The notes: a model not told the origin generated them from the letters alone. DNA of 53,758 bases from Methanomicrobiales archaeon (GCA_037137755.1 JBAXJR010000015.1:1-53758), one strand, 5' to 3'. Counted from the first letter of the stretch, positions 32,247-43,588 are shown. A program made the numbers and translations.

Positions 32247-32558
32247 ATGGATTATATGAGGGTCCTTTGCGGTACCGAGAAACCGATCGGTATCTATAAT
32301 GAAATAATCACCTGCCTCAATGACATCCGGATGATCCCGGACATGATCGAACCGATATACCGGACCGCAATGACATTTGACGAAGATTCGCTCGACCGGT
32401 TCCGTTTTGCTCTGATCCGGCTGCAGATTTACTCGGATATTCACCGGTATGAAGATCTCGAGCGTTCCCAGCATATCAAGTATGTCGCACAGGTTTTGGA
32501 AAAGATTATTTTCGGGTCACTTCTCATGGAGCATGAGGAACTCGCAAACGGGGCATAA
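32247..32558 (+). CDS. Hypothetical protein adjacent to mrp
   Basis: Starts immediately after the mrp stop codon; helical composition. Confidence 0.7.
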   Translation: MDYMRVLCGTEKPIGIYNEIITCLNDIRMIPDMIEPIYRTAMTFDEDSLDRFRFALIRLQIYSDIHRYEDLERSQHIKYVAQVLEKIIFGSLLMEHEELANGA

Positions 32559-32842
32559 CCTGGTTTTAAGGCCCCGGTTTTTTTTCATAATAAAGGTCAG
32601 GTAATAATCCAACAACTGGATACCATCTGAAGTACGAAAAAGGTAGTTCTTTTTTACTATTGGAGATGGATTGAAGATTTCCATAGAGTTAACCAAAAAA
32701 TTATCAGGTGCCAGTCAGATAACCCCGATCATAGTGTATGCGTGGCAGGATTGGGGGGCCCAAGTCCGGTCTTATCAATCCCCTTTCATTATAATCAAAA
32801 AATTCAATACCCACAGAAATTTCAAAAAAATAATCGGAATTA

Positions 32843-33625
32843 TCAGGTTGTTGAAAAGCGCAGAGTGTTTTGCCGGCTTATCGGGGCAAAAATAAAAATA
32901 ACCCCTTTAAACTGATTATTTTCATCTTTCAGTGGAGAGACAGTTCCCCGGACATGAATCTTCCCCCCTTCAGCCGCAACCAGGATCGCATGTCCGGGGA
33001 GGTCTCGCACGATCAGGTCAGACTTCGTTGCATCCACCGGACTCTCAATCTTGTGGCCTTCTTCATCGGTTATGATCACCATTTCAGAAAAATTAGTTTT
33101 CTTTGAAGAATGGAAATGAAATCCGGTCAGTGATTCAGCGGCAGGGTTAGCTATGATGATTGTTCCCTCCCTGTCCGTGGTAATAATTCCAGTTCCCGCT
33201 AATTTTATAATACTTTCAAGGAATTCCTGCTTATTTTTTGTCTTCTTGTGCGAACCATACTTATGGACTGCCATCTCGATTGCAATGTGGAGATCACTGT
33301 CGCTGAATGGCTTGATGACATACTCGCTATCTTCTGTAATTTTTGCCCGCTCAAATGTTTGCGGATCCGAGCTGCCCGTTAAGTATACAACAGGGAGGGG
33401 ATGGATTCTCTGGATCTGTTGTGCGGTCTCAATTCCATCAATTTTTCCAACAAGAGTAACGTCCATTATGACAAGATCCGGGGCATGTTCTGAAATTGCC
33501 CGTATTGCATCCTCACCTGTTGCAAACATACCTGTGATAGAATACCCCATTTTCGCAAGCCTGATTTTTAACAGATCACAGAGGATTGGATCATCTTCAA
33601 CAATCACAATTTTCAACTGGTTCAA
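32843..33625 (-). CDS. Response regulator receiver plus PAS domain protein
   Basis: IVIVEDD, VIMDVTL, IKPF; PAS-like GIITTDREGTIIIANPAAESLTG. Confidence 0.9.
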   Translation of the reverse strand: MNQLKIVIVEDDPILCDLLKIRLAKMGYSITGMFATGEDAIRAISEHAPDLVIMDVTLVGKIDGIETAQQIQRIHPLPVVYLTGSSDPQTFERAKITEDSEYVIKPFSDSDLHIAIEMAVHKYGSHKKTKNKQEFLESIIKLAGTGIITTDREGTIIIANPAAESLTGFHFHSSKKTNFSEMVIITDEEGHKIESPVDATKSDLIVRDLPGHAILVAAEGGKIHVRGTVSPLKDENNQFKGVIFIFAPISRQNTLRFSTT

Positions 33626-33809
33626 TAGTGTCCCCCACGTCCCTGGTACCTGCCTGTTGTACCAAGTAGTACTATCCCACTCTATTAGTAAGATATATAA
33701 TAATTTCCGCTGATTGGCAGGAAGGGGAGTCCTGCGCTTCTTTCAGGCAGAACATAATCCTCATTCTGACCAGAATGTATATCGAAATGTGGGTCTAAAT
33801 TATACTCAA

Positions 33810-35372
33810 ATGTCAGAAGGCAATTCCAATACCCGTTATTCGTTTATTGCACGTGTACCTGATACACCGGGTTCACTCCATAAGGCAGCCGGAATCATAA
33901 AACGATATAATGGAAATATCAACCGTATTCAATTTGATCGCAGAATTGACCCGTTTACAGTGTTTTTTGAAATGACAGCCGGTGAGAGAAACTACCATGA
34001 AATTATCCGGGGCCTTGAAGAGCTGGGTTACCTGCAGACTTCGTTAAAACCTTTGAGCTTCCTGAAGATTTCCGTCTACCTCCCTCACTGTGCGGGCGCC
34101 TTGTTCGAATTTCTGAATCATATCACTTCCTGCCGGGCAAATATTGCCTACATAGATTTCGATGACAAGGGCAGACATCCGGACAGGCTTACTATCAGCC
34201 TGAACCTGGATGAAAATGAAGCAGCGGACCGGCTTCTCGATGAGCTCAGGTCAAAATACCGGATTGATGTGATCGAGTACGATAATTCGGGCGCACATCT
34301 CGATGACACCGTTTTTTATCTCCGGTTCGCCCAGTCCATCCGTGACATTATCGGGGATTCCCCGGATGATTTTCTCCTCCCCCTGCTCGGGGATATCAAC
34401 CATATCGTCCAGGAACTCATGAGCCTCGGCGAGTCACCAAAAGTGGTATTCGAGAGTATACTCACCACCGGAAAAAGTTTAAAAACAACATCGGGAGAAC
34501 ATTTTTACGCTGATGTCCAGCACATTATTGTGAATAACAGCCTGGACCTTTATTGTTTCCAGCCTCCATGCGGGGGAAGTATCTACCTCTTTTCATCACC
34601 TGCTGAACAGGTAATTGTAGATACCGGGTATGGTATCTATTATGAAAATATCCAGGATATGCTCTGTGCATACAATCTTCTTGTACCGGGAAAACTTACA
34701 CGCATCATTGTCACCCACGCTGACGCTGACCACTGTGGTGCAACCGGTTGTTACCAGGTGCAGACCCTGATGCACAAGGGCACTAAGAAGATAATTGAAG
34801 AGGCAAACAGGGCTTATGGGTCACGCAGCGCGGAGTCCATCCTCGAGGAAGTGTATACCAAACTCATAGGGTTATTCTCCAGGTTCAATCCTCCCGGAAA
34901 CATTGCCCTTTTTGGAGAAGGGCAGGGAAAAAAAGTGGGTTTATTCCCGGTAATAGACCGGGTTATAATCGGGGGCCTTGGGTTCCAGGTACTCGAGGGA
35001 CTGGGAGGACACCAGTATGGACAGGTATACCTGTTCAATGAAGAAGCAGGCCTGATTTTTACCGCAGATACCGTGATTAATTTCGAGCACCTCACGAGTG
35101 AACGGGCGGCATACAGCTCGCTCGCGGCGTTCCTGGTCACTTCAGTAAATGTAGACAGTGATATCGCAAAACGTGAACGAACGTCCCTCTTTGAAATAGT
35201 CTCAAAGGCTAATCAGCAACTTGAAAAAAAAGGGAAATCCTGCATTATTTGCGGGGGTCACGGGCCGGTATCGGTCCTTTCCGGGGGAAAACTTGTCCCG
35301 TATGGTACCATTGAACGATACCCACGCACCCGGGAGTCAGAAAGTCCCGGATTAGATATGCGCAGGGATTAA
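33810..35372 (+). CDS. ACT-ACT-metallo-beta-lactamase-fold protein
   Basis: Two ACT-like N-terminal units (PDTPGSL, PHCAGAL), VDTG, THADADHCG, GH, TAD, GHG; ATG 33810 is the likely start. Confidence 0.85.
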   Translation: MSEGNSNTRYSFIARVPDTPGSLHKAAGIIKRYNGNINRIQFDRRIDPFTVFFEMTAGERNYHEIIRGLEELGYLQTSLKPLSFLKISVYLPHCAGALFEFLNHITSCRANIAYIDFDDKGRHPDRLTISLNLDENEAADRLLDELRSKYRIDVIEYDNSGAHLDDTVFYLRFAQSIRDIIGDSPDDFLLPLLGDINHIVQELMSLGESPKVVFESILTTGKSLKTTSGEHFYADVQHIIVNNSLDLYCFQPPCGGSIYLFSSPAEQVIVDTGYGIYYENIQDMLCAYNLLVPGKLTRIIVTHADADHCGATGCYQVQTLMHKGTKKIIEEANRAYGSRSAESILEEVYTKLIGLFSRFNPPGNIALFGEGQGKKVGLFPVIDRVIIGGLGFQVLEGLGGHQYGQVYLFNEEAGLIFTADTVINFEHLTSERAAYSSLAAFLVTSVNVDSDIAKRERTSLFEIVSKANQQLEKKGKSCIICGGHGPVSVLSGGKLVPYGTIERYPRTRESESPGLDMRRD

Positions 35373-35705
35373 CCAGTCCCTTGTTCAGATAGTCAGCCAG
35401 TATCCCAGCTTTGGTTACTATCTAACCTCTATCGAAATAAGCCAAAATCCTGAAGATAATGCTTTATTCTCATTTTATCGCCATTTAACGTTCGGAATTC
35501 TGATTGAAATGAGGATAGACTTCTGATGCGACCTGGTCCGGATCATCACGGTCCGGATGATAACAATACTATTAAAATTCTGGTAAGTACAGTTCCAACT
35601 CCACCAAACGGATAGACTGTTCTCAAGGATACAGACCTTTATAAGAATTCGGATAATACGAAATGCTCATCTGTTTTGTAGTGGGATCTTTTTAGAGGAC
35701 TTGTC

Positions 35706-36305
35706 ATGCCTGATCATCGAGTACAGGAAATGATGCACCTGATGGTGGAACGGATCAGGTCTATCGCACATTCGCTTTCAGAAGAAGAGATTGAGAATTT
35801 TTTAAAAGAAATACTACAGGCTGACCGGATTTTCATTATGGGAGCAGGACGGAGCGGGCTGGTAGCAAAAGCCTTTGCAATGAGGCTTATGCACCTTGGT
35901 CTCCATTCTTACGTGGTAGGTGAGACGATTACCCCTGCAATGAAACCCGGAGACCTCCTTGTTGTCTTCTCTGGTTCAGGAAAAACAAAAACCATTGCAG
36001 ATATCGCAGAAACTGCGAAGGATATCGGAGGAAGAATATCACTTATCACTTCCAACCCGGACTCTAAAATCGGAAGAATTGCAGACTGTATGGTAATCAT
36101 CGAACACCAGCGCGACGCCGTAAAAGACGATGCTGAGGAGTTTGAGATCAGGCAGATGATGGGGGACCATAAATCCTTCGCACCACTTGGCACCCTCTTT
36201 GAGACTGCATCCATGATATTTGCTGACGCCGTCGTCTCCCGCCTGATGGAGATCACAAAAACAGATGAAACCGAACTAAAAAACCGTCATACAAATATCG
36301 AATAG
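35706..36305 (+). CDS. hxlB: 6-phospho-3-hexuloisomerase
   Basis: GAGRSGLVAKAFAMRLMHLG, VGETITP, APLGTLFE, HTNIE end. Confidence 0.95.
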   Translation: MPDHRVQEMMHLMVERIRSIAHSLSEEEIENFLKEILQADRIFIMGAGRSGLVAKAFAMRLMHLGLHSYVVGETITPAMKPGDLLVVFSGSGKTKTIADIAETAKDIGGRISLITSNPDSKIGRIADCMVIIEHQRDAVKDDAEEFEIRQMMGDHKSFAPLGTLFETASMIFADAVVSRLMEITKTDETELKNRHTNIE

Positions 36306-36327
36306 ATTTTGAAAACGGAGGAACAGT

Positions 36328-37422
36328 ATGAAAATAGCAGGACGGGTAAAAAATATTGAGATATCGGGTATAAGAAAATTATTTGAGTCGGCCGGCCCCG
36401 GTTCAATCAATCTCGGGCTGGGGCAACCGGACTTTGATACCCCGGTCCATATTAAGGACGCCGCAATACAGGCAATCCGTGATGGTAAAACCGGGTACAC
36501 CAACAATACCGGTATTGTCGAACTGAGGGAGGCAATCTGTGAAAAATTTGCAAGAGAGAACCACCTCTCCTATACCTCTGAACAGGTAATTGTCACCGCC
36601 GGTGCAAGCGAGGCTCTTCACCTTATTATGGAGGCCCTTGTCGAGACAGGCGACCGTGTCCTTTTTGCTGACCCGGGATTTGTCTCATACGCGGCCCTTG
36701 CATCAATTGCCGGAGGACGCCCTGAAGGTGTGCAGCTTGACCCGACATTCCACCTTGACATTGAGAAGGTAAAAGAGGTGATGGACGGGGCGCGTTTATT
36801 CGTACTGAATTCTCCTGCAAATCCAACAGGTGCGGTTGAAAGCAAGGAAACAATCAGGGGAATCGTTGAATATGCAATGGATGCCGGTGTGACGATTATA
36901 TCTGATGAGGTGTACGAGCACTTTATTTATGGGCGGGAACACGTCAGCGCGGCTGCATTTGGCGACGACGTTATTACGGTTAATGCGGTGAGTAAGACCT
37001 ATGCGATGACAGGGTGGCGACTGGGTTACCTTGCGGCACCTGAAGAATATATTACCCCCTGCACAAAGGTCCACCAGTACTGCCAGGCGTGTGCAACCTC
37101 CATCTCACAATATGCATCAATTGCAGCATATACAGGTGACCAGTCACCCGTGGCCGCCATGAAGCAGGAGTACGAGGCCCGAAGGGACCTCATCTACCAC
37201 GGGTTCAAGTCGATGGGCATCGATTTTCCCATTCCGGAGGGGGCATTTTATGCCTTTGTCCCCATGGACCAGCCGCTGATCTCCCGTGTTCTGTCAAAAG
37301 GTGTGGTAATCGTACCGGGAAGTGCATTTGGTACCAATGCCCCGGATTATGCCCGCCTGAGTTATGCAGCACCTCGTAAAACTCTTGAAGAAGCCATTCA
37401 GCGGATACAATCCGCCCTCTGA
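36328..37422 (+). CDS. Class I/II PLP-dependent aminotransferase
   Basis: GQPDF, NSPANPTG, SDEVY, SKTYAMTGWRLG. Confidence 0.93.
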   Translation: MKIAGRVKNIEISGIRKLFESAGPGSINLGLGQPDFDTPVHIKDAAIQAIRDGKTGYTNNTGIVELREAICEKFARENHLSYTSEQVIVTAGASEALHLIMEALVETGDRVLFADPGFVSYAALASIAGGRPEGVQLDPTFHLDIEKVKEVMDGARLFVLNSPANPTGAVESKETIRGIVEYAMDAGVTIISDEVYEHFIYGREHVSAAAFGDDVITVNAVSKTYAMTGWRLGYLAAPEEYITPCTKVHQYCQACATSISQYASIAAYTGDQSPVAAMKQEYEARRDLIYHGFKSMGIDFPIPEGAFYAFVPMDQPLISRVLSKGVVIVPGSAFGTNAPDYARLSYAAPRKTLEEAIQRIQSAL

Positions 37423-37598
37423 TTTCAAGCATACAATGAACCGGTAACGGAGATTCGGGCTTCCGTTTTCCAGGATTTCCAGGCCCGTATTATTCTTACA
37501 AATGTTGAGCGGAGATAATCTGGAACAATTCTCCAAGCCAGGCCAACATTTTTCAATCGAACTTTTGATAGGGTCCCAGGAACAATAACAACTGTACA

Positions 37599-38636
37599 AT
37601 GGTAAAAGAACTTCTTAAAAAATTATCCAATGCCCACGGCGTATCTGGTAGCGAGGGTAATGTGTATGATATCATTAAAAAAGAGTTGAAAGGCTCTGTT
37701 GACGAGATCAGGGAAGACACAATGGGAAACCTGATTGCCATAAAAAAGGGGGGGAAGTTCTCGGTCATGCTTGCGGCCCATATGGATGAGATTGGCCTGA
37801 TGGTAAAATACATCGATGATAAGGGTTTTATCAGGTTTGTCACATTGGGGGGGTGGTATGCCCCGACACTCTATAACCAGAGGGTTATATTCCATGGATC
37901 AAAAGGTCAGGTCTGCGGAGTAATCGGAGGAAAACCACTCCACGTGATGGACGAAGAAGAAAGGAAAAAAGGAGTCAAGACCGACGATTTGTTTGTTGAT
38001 GTCGGTGCAAAAAATGCCGATGAAGTGAAGGAACTAGGGATCGCAGTCGGCACACCTGTTACAATTGACCGCGAATTTACTGAACTGGCAAATGGCCGTG
38101 TGACAGGAAAAGCATTCGATAATAGGGCAGGAGTCGCGATGCTGATCAAGGCAATTAAGGGTATGAAATCTCCCAATACGGTCTATGCAGTGTTCACTGT
38201 CCAGGAGGAAGTAGGGCTGAAAGGTGCAAGGACCAGCTCGTATGCGCTCGATCCCGATTGCGCAATAGCCACGGATGTTACCATCCCTGGTGACCATCCC
38301 GGCATCGATAAGAAAGACGCTAATGTTGAGATGGGAAAAGGCCCGGTAATTACCATTGTTGATGCTGCGGGCAGGGGGCTTATTGCAAGCCGGGCACTTG
38401 TAACATGGTTATCCGAAACAGCTGATAAAAATAACATCCCGGTCCAGCTGGAAGTGGGAAACGGGGGTACCACTGACGCCACAGCAATTCACCTGACCAA
38501 GGGGGGTATCCCAAGTACAACGATCTCTATTCCAACACGATATATTCATTCACCTGTCGAAGTGCTCGATTTGGAGGATATCGAAGAAGGGGTCCGCCTG
38601 ATTGTGGAGTCGTTAAAAACCAAACCTAAATTGTAA
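37599..38636 (+). CDS. M42-family (TET/FrvX-like) aminopeptidase
   Basis: AHMDEIG, KAFDNRAG, QEEVGLKGA, GTTDA, RYIHSP. Confidence 0.95.
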   Translation: MVKELLKKLSNAHGVSGSEGNVYDIIKKELKGSVDEIREDTMGNLIAIKKGGKFSVMLAAHMDEIGLMVKYIDDKGFIRFVTLGGWYAPTLYNQRVIFHGSKGQVCGVIGGKPLHVMDEEERKKGVKTDDLFVDVGAKNADEVKELGIAVGTPVTIDREFTELANGRVTGKAFDNRAGVAMLIKAIKGMKSPNTVYAVFTVQEEVGLKGARTSSYALDPDCAIATDVTIPGDHPGIDKKDANVEMGKGPVITIVDAAGRGLIASRALVTWLSETADKNNIPVQLEVGNGGTTDATAIHLTKGGIPSTTISIPTRYIHSPVEVLDLEDIEEGVRLIVESLKTKPKL

Positions 38637-38785
38637 TATTTTATCCCAATTGACACGGGACATCTCATTTTTAAAAGTGGGTCAAAAAATGGGAATTGAT
38701 AAAAATTATCCCGTTTGAATATACACGAGTTACTTCTCTTTTCAAAAAAAGTACTTACTTTCCAGAGTTAAGTCTTTAAAAAAAA

Positions 38786-41700
38786 TTATGGGAACGGACT
38801 CACATCGATCCAATCCTTGTAGAGAGGGGTCTCATCGTTACCATAAATGTTGCTAACAAACAACTTTACCGTGAATTTGTCTGGAGAATTATACGTGTGG
38901 ACAGGGTTTCTCTCATTTCCATATGTCCCGTCCCCAAAAGTCCAGAACCACTTTGTTGGAGCATTTGAAGACGTGTCAGTGAACTGAACGGTTAATGGAA
39001 CAGAGCCAGCAGTCGGGGTTGCCTTGAACGATGCAACGGGTGTACCTGTCAGGATTAACTCCTTTGAGACAGTCGAAAGGGCACCATTATTGGCTGTAAT
39101 TGTCAGGGTCACCGTATAATTCCCGGGTTTCATATAGGTATGGACCGGGTTCGGATCTTTCGATACATACCCGTCACCAAACTGCCATTTATAGATGAGG
39201 ATCGGATTACCAGCGGAATTGTCCGTAAACTGTATCATTAATGGTACATCCCCCCCCTCTACGGGTTTCATTTTAAAGTCAGCACCAGTCGGAGTGCCGA
39301 TGGTAATCAACGAAGACTTTGTAACCGTATTAGATTTGATACCGTTGGACACGATTAACTGGACACTATAGACACCGGGGGGGTAGGTGTGGACGGGGTT
39401 CTGTTGAACTGAGTGCGAGGAACCGTCACCGAAGTCCCAGTTCCAGGATGACACCGGTGGAGTACCTGTCGAAATGTCAGTGAACTGGATTGTCGTGGGT
39501 GCAATTCCCGACGTCGCATTTACAATGAAACCGGCCTGTGGCAGGTCGGTTACGGTAATTAAGTTCTGCTTTACGGTCGTGTTAAATCCAGCAAGGTTCT
39601 GGACGGTTTCTGTTACCGTGTAAACTCCGGGTCTCTGGTAGTTGTGGGTTGGGTTCCTCGCAGTGGAGACAGTGCCATCTCCGAACTTCCAGGAGAACCG
39701 GATCGGGTTACCCTGGGAATGGTCGGTAAACCTTACGAAGAGCGGGACGGTCCCGCTTTTCGGATCCGCATCGAATTGGGCAATCGGAGTCTTTACCACA
39801 GTTATATAGGCGGGTCTTGTCAGGGTGGAGGCAGGTTGCCCGGCTGTCGTGTCGTTGACTGCGAGGGTAACTGTGTAAGTGCCTGCCTGATTGTAGGTGT
39901 GGACCGGGTTACGGATATCCCGTGCAAATGTGTTATCTCCAAAGTCCCATGCCGATGTATCTGGGAAATTGGAGGAGGTGTCAGTAAACTGTACCGTCAA
40001 CGGAATGGACCCTAATGTTGGGGTCCCGGTGAAATTCGCGATCGCACGCGGGTTCTTCACAACAAGCGGGGCTGCCCCTGTTCTAGTATCACTTCCACCA
40101 GCATTCGAAGCGGTTAGGATAATAATGTAATTTCCTTTTAACTGGTAGATATGAGTGGGATTCTGTGTAGTATTATACGTCCCGTCCCCGAAATTCCACA
40201 GCCAGGAGGTTGGATTATTTGTTGACTGATCAATAAAGTGGAACACAGTTTCATTAACAGTTCCAGTTGCAGGGAAGCCACCGAAAGCAGCTACGGGTTT
40301 CGGCTGGGTCGCATTAATCAGGTTTTGTTTGGTTGATATGTTACTGCAATCAGAATTGAGGACCTCAAGCCTTACCGTGTAAACATTAGGTGTTAGATAG
40401 GTATGAACGGGGTTCGGTTCAACGGAAGTACCTCCGTCACCAAAGTCCCAGTTCCTTGTAGTAATGGTACCTGTTGACTGGTCAGTGAACTGTACTTTCA
40501 GAGGTATATCACCGATGGTTTTGTTTACGGTAAAGTTGGCAACCGGACAGGGGTTTCTTGAGGTAATGGTAATATTCTTGGGTATACCTTCCCCACCGGC
40601 ATTGAAGACCTTTAATCTGACATCACGCACGCCGACGGCAGTATAAAGATGACTCGGGCTCTGGTCTGTGGAGTTGGTACCATCACCGAATTCCCAGTAC
40701 CAACTGGTTGCATACAGGGACGAATCTGTGAACTGTACATTCAACGGAACAGGACCATTTGTCTGATTCGCAGTGAAATTGGCAACAGGCTGGTTGGTGA
40801 CGACAATATAATTCGGTTTCGATAGTGTGGTTATGCCACTTGCATTCGTAACGGTCAGGTTAACGGTATAATTACCTATCTGGTTATACGTGAAGTCCGG
40901 GTTCTGCGCCCCTGCAGAATACTGGTCAATTCCGAATTTCCATAACCAGTTCGTGATCCCGGTGGCCGATGTATCAGTGAACTGGACGTACAGTGGTTTG
41001 AATCCTGCTGTCGGGGAGGCTGTGAAGTTTGCAGACGGGGGTGCCGGGGTTACCGAGATGGTTGTTCCCGGTACGGTTGTGTTCGAACCGCCAGCATTGG
41101 CAACTATGAGTTGGGCTGTGTAACTACCGGGTGCCGCGTACGAATGAGTAGCATTCCGCTGGCTGCTTATTGTTGTATTATACCAGGTGGTGTCCCCGAA
41201 ACTCCAGTTCCATGACGTCGGGTTGTTTGTCGAGGTGTCCGTGAACAGAACTGTCAGCGGTGCGCTCCCGGTAGTCTGGTTTGGTGTGAAGGATGCTATC
41301 GGGGGTGCCGGGGGTGCCGGGGTTACCGAGATGGTTGTTCCCGGTACGGTTGTGTTCGAACCGCCAGCATTGGCAACTATGAGTTGGGCTGTGTAACTAC
41401 CGGGTGCCGCGTACGAATGAGTAGCATTCCGCTGGCTGCTTATTGTTGTATTATACCAGGTGGTGTCCCCGAAACTCCAGTTCCATGACGTCGGGTTGTT
41501 TGTCGAGGTGTCCGTGAACAGAACTGTCAGCGGTGCGCTCCCGGTAGTCTGGTTTGGTGTGAAGGATGCTACTGGTGGGTCCACTGGTGCTGTGACGGTT
41601 ATATAGCCGGTCTCATTCTTCCATATTGTACCTGCACTGTTTGTCGCCGAGTGATTGACATTGTATACTCCAGGGCTGAAGCTGCGGGTCAGGTTCTGTG

Positions 41701-43588
41701 TGAGGTAGATAGTCCCTGGGCTGTCACTGAAGATCCACTGGTATCCAGTGATTCCCGTACCAATCGAAGTGTCATTGAACTGTACACTCAGGGATGTGGT
41801 TGTTCCACTTCTCGGGCTTCCAGTAAAGTTCGTTACTGGTAGGACTGGTGCCGAAGTCACAATGACTATTTTTTCTGTCGAATTTGTCCCTGTTGTGTTG
41901 GTAACGGTCAATTTGACGGTGTACATGCCCGGATAATAATACGTGAAATCAGGTGTTTTATTTGTAGACGTGTATTCATCAATCCCAAAGCGCCACAATC
42001 TGCTTGAAATGCCCGTCATGGACGTGTCACTGAAGAACACATGGAGGGGAGGAACGCCATTTTCTGGTGTATACGTGAAGTCGGCTGTTGGTGGAGGTGA
42101 TACAGTAATTGTCTGTACTGCACTTGTCGAGCTACCATAGGCATTGCTTACCGTGAGTTGGGCTGACCAGGTACCTACTGCATACATATGGGTACAATTT
42201 CTTAGTGACGGATTTGTTGTATTGAACCAAGGTGTTCCATCACCGAAACTCCAGTTCCATGCCGTCGGATCATTAATTGATGTATCGTTGAACTGGACAT
42301 TCAATGGAGCGGGGCCAGGGGTTGATGTGTTGGTGAAAGATGCGGTTGGTGCCGGGGGAGCGGTGATGGTGAATTTTTTATCGTTATTGCTAGAGTGGTT
42401 ATCATTATTCGTGACTATTACATCCCATGCACCGGTTATAGCTCCAGTTATTGGCAGAGTGCAGGTAATATAGCTCTGGTTATTGACAACAACCGGATTC
42501 GCCTGGATATTTGTTCCTAAATGGGTCAAATTTACGGTTGCACCTGGCTGGAACCCTGAACCTCCTATCAGGACATTTGGGATACTACTTGTATTTATGC
42601 CCGTAGGGGGGGTGATATTCTCAACATAAGGTGAAGCGGGGTAGAATATCCAAAATTTATCGGTTGCGGTTGCGGTGTGGTCATCTGAATTCTTTACCTC
42701 CACATTCCAAGCCCCTACTGGCACCCCATTGAGGTTGAATTGCGGAATCATCTGGTTAGAGGAGGGGGGGGGCATGCTGATTGGAGAGATCAAATATCCG
42801 GTCTTGTTAAGGTAAGCAATGGAATCGGGTCTAAAGTTATTACCATTAATTGTCATCGACTGGGGTCCATTGTTTACACCTTCGGAAGGAACAAATCCTC
42901 CAGTAACATTAATCGTGGGAAGTGGCCAGTTGATAGTGAATGTCTTCACTTCTACCGTACCTTGTTCATCTGGGTTGGTAACATTGACATACCAAGTACC
43001 ATTTGCTGCAGCCGAAAGATCAAATGTTCCGGAAATTGCTGTGGCAAGATAGGTATCAACCTCTGCGGAAATATTTGCAAAAGTGGGTCGGGTTAGGTTC
43101 ACTTTCGCACCTTGCATGAATCCCATCCCGGTTACGGTAAATTCCAACATGGTATTGTTGTTATACCCCGAAGTTGGTGTAATACCAGTACCTGTAAGAG
43201 TTGGTGCGGGATTGGTAACTTCGAATTCATCAGCCCATGTCCCACTCGACATCTCTGTCAGGTTGACCACAGTAACATTCCACAATCCAAAATGTGCATT
43301 TGAAAGGTCAATATTACCTATAATCTGAGTTTGTGAAATTCTACTGATAGGAGATGCATTGATATCTGGTTGTCCAGTCTTATTTAAGTACACACGATAA
43401 TCTGATGAAATAGTGGAGTTAAAATTTGTCCCTGTGAGTGTAAATAAGACAACGGTATTGTTCGCCTGATTTGTTGGGGAAAATCCAGTCACTGTGGGCG
43501 CATCTGCACTTGCTGATATTCCAAACAATATCAGAATACTTAGTATAATAGCCGCATTCATAAACTTCGTTTTTGTCACCTTGATCAC
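38786..43588 (-). CDS. Large secreted surface protein: signal peptide, ~4 IPT/TIG-like domains, ~14 PKD domains
   Basis: Repeated P.A.F...P..V.FTD.S...W.W.FGDG...NP.HTY units; many NxT/S sequons; ATG 43561 is an alternative start. Confidence 0.92.
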   Translation of the reverse strand: MIKVTKTKFMNAAIILSILILFGISASADAPTVTGFSPTNQANNTVVLFTLTGTNFNSTISSDYRVYLNKTGQPDINASPISRISQTQIIGNIDLSNAHFGLWNVTVVNLTEMSSGTWADEFEVTNPAPTLTGTGITPTSGYNNNTMLEFTVTGMGFMQGAKVNLTRPTFANISAEVDTYLATAISGTFDLSAAANGTWYVNVTNPDEQGTVEVKTFTINWPLPTINVTGGFVPSEGVNNGPQSMTINGNNFRPDSIAYLNKTGYLISPISMPPPSSNQMIPQFNLNGVPVGAWNVEVKNSDDHTATATDKFWIFYPASPYVENITPPTGINTSSIPNVLIGGSGFQPGATVNLTHLGTNIQANPVVVNNQSYITCTLPITGAITGAWDVIVTNNDNHSSNNDKKFTITAPPAPTASFTNTSTPGPAPLNVQFNDTSINDPTAWNWSFGDGTPWFNTTNPSLRNCTHMYAVGTWSAQLTVSNAYGSSTSAVQTITVSPPPTADFTYTPENGVPPLHVFFSDTSMTGISSRLWRFGIDEYTSTNKTPDFTYYYPGMYTVKLTVTNTTGTNSTEKIVIVTSAPVLPVTNFTGSPRSGTTTSLSVQFNDTSIGTGITGYQWIFSDSPGTIYLTQNLTRSFSPGVYNVNHSATNSAGTIWKNETGYITVTAPVDPPVASFTPNQTTGSAPLTVLFTDTSTNNPTSWNWSFGDTTWYNTTISSQRNATHSYAAPGSYTAQLIVANAGGSNTTVPGTTISVTPAPPAPPIASFTPNQTTGSAPLTVLFTDTSTNNPTSWNWSFGDTTWYNTTISSQRNATHSYAAPGSYTAQLIVANAGGSNTTVPGTTISVTPAPPSANFTASPTAGFKPLYVQFTDTSATGITNWLWKFGIDQYSAGAQNPDFTYNQIGNYTVNLTVTNASGITTLSKPNYIVVTNQPVANFTANQTNGPVPLNVQFTDSSLYATSWYWEFGDGTNSTDQSPSHLYTAVGVRDVRLKVFNAGGEGIPKNITITSRNPCPVANFTVNKTIGDIPLKVQFTDQSTGTITTRNWDFGDGGTSVEPNPVHTYLTPNVYTVRLEVLNSDCSNISTKQNLINATQPKPVAAFGGFPATGTVNETVFHFIDQSTNNPTSWLWNFGDGTYNTTQNPTHIYQLKGNYIIILTASNAGGSDTRTGAAPLVVKNPRAIANFTGTPTLGSIPLTVQFTDTSSNFPDTSAWDFGDNTFARDIRNPVHTYNQAGTYTVTLAVNDTTAGQPASTLTRPAYITVVKTPIAQFDADPKSGTVPLFVRFTDHSQGNPIRFSWKFGDGTVSTARNPTHNYQRPGVYTVTETVQNLAGFNTTVKQNLITVTDLPQAGFIVNATSGIAPTTIQFTDISTGTPPVSSWNWDFGDGSSHSVQQNPVHTYPPGVYSVQLIVSNGIKSNTVTKSSLITIGTPTGADFKMKPVEGGDVPLMIQFTDNSAGNPILIYKWQFGDGYVSKDPNPVHTYMKPGNYTVTLTITANNGALSTVSKELILTGTPVASFKATPTAGSVPLTVQFTDTSSNAPTKWFWTFGDGTYGNERNPVHTYNSPDKFTVKLFVSNIYGNDETPLYKDWIDVSPFP
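41036..41571. repeat. Exact 263 bp direct repeat (41036-41298 and 41309-41571; period 273 bp = one PKD module)
   Basis: Base-by-base comparison shows the two copies are identical. Confidence 0.93.

Noticed and set aside
41036-41571. Diversity-generating retroelement TR/VR pair
   Set aside because: The copies are identical with no adenine-specific differences, and there is no RT gene
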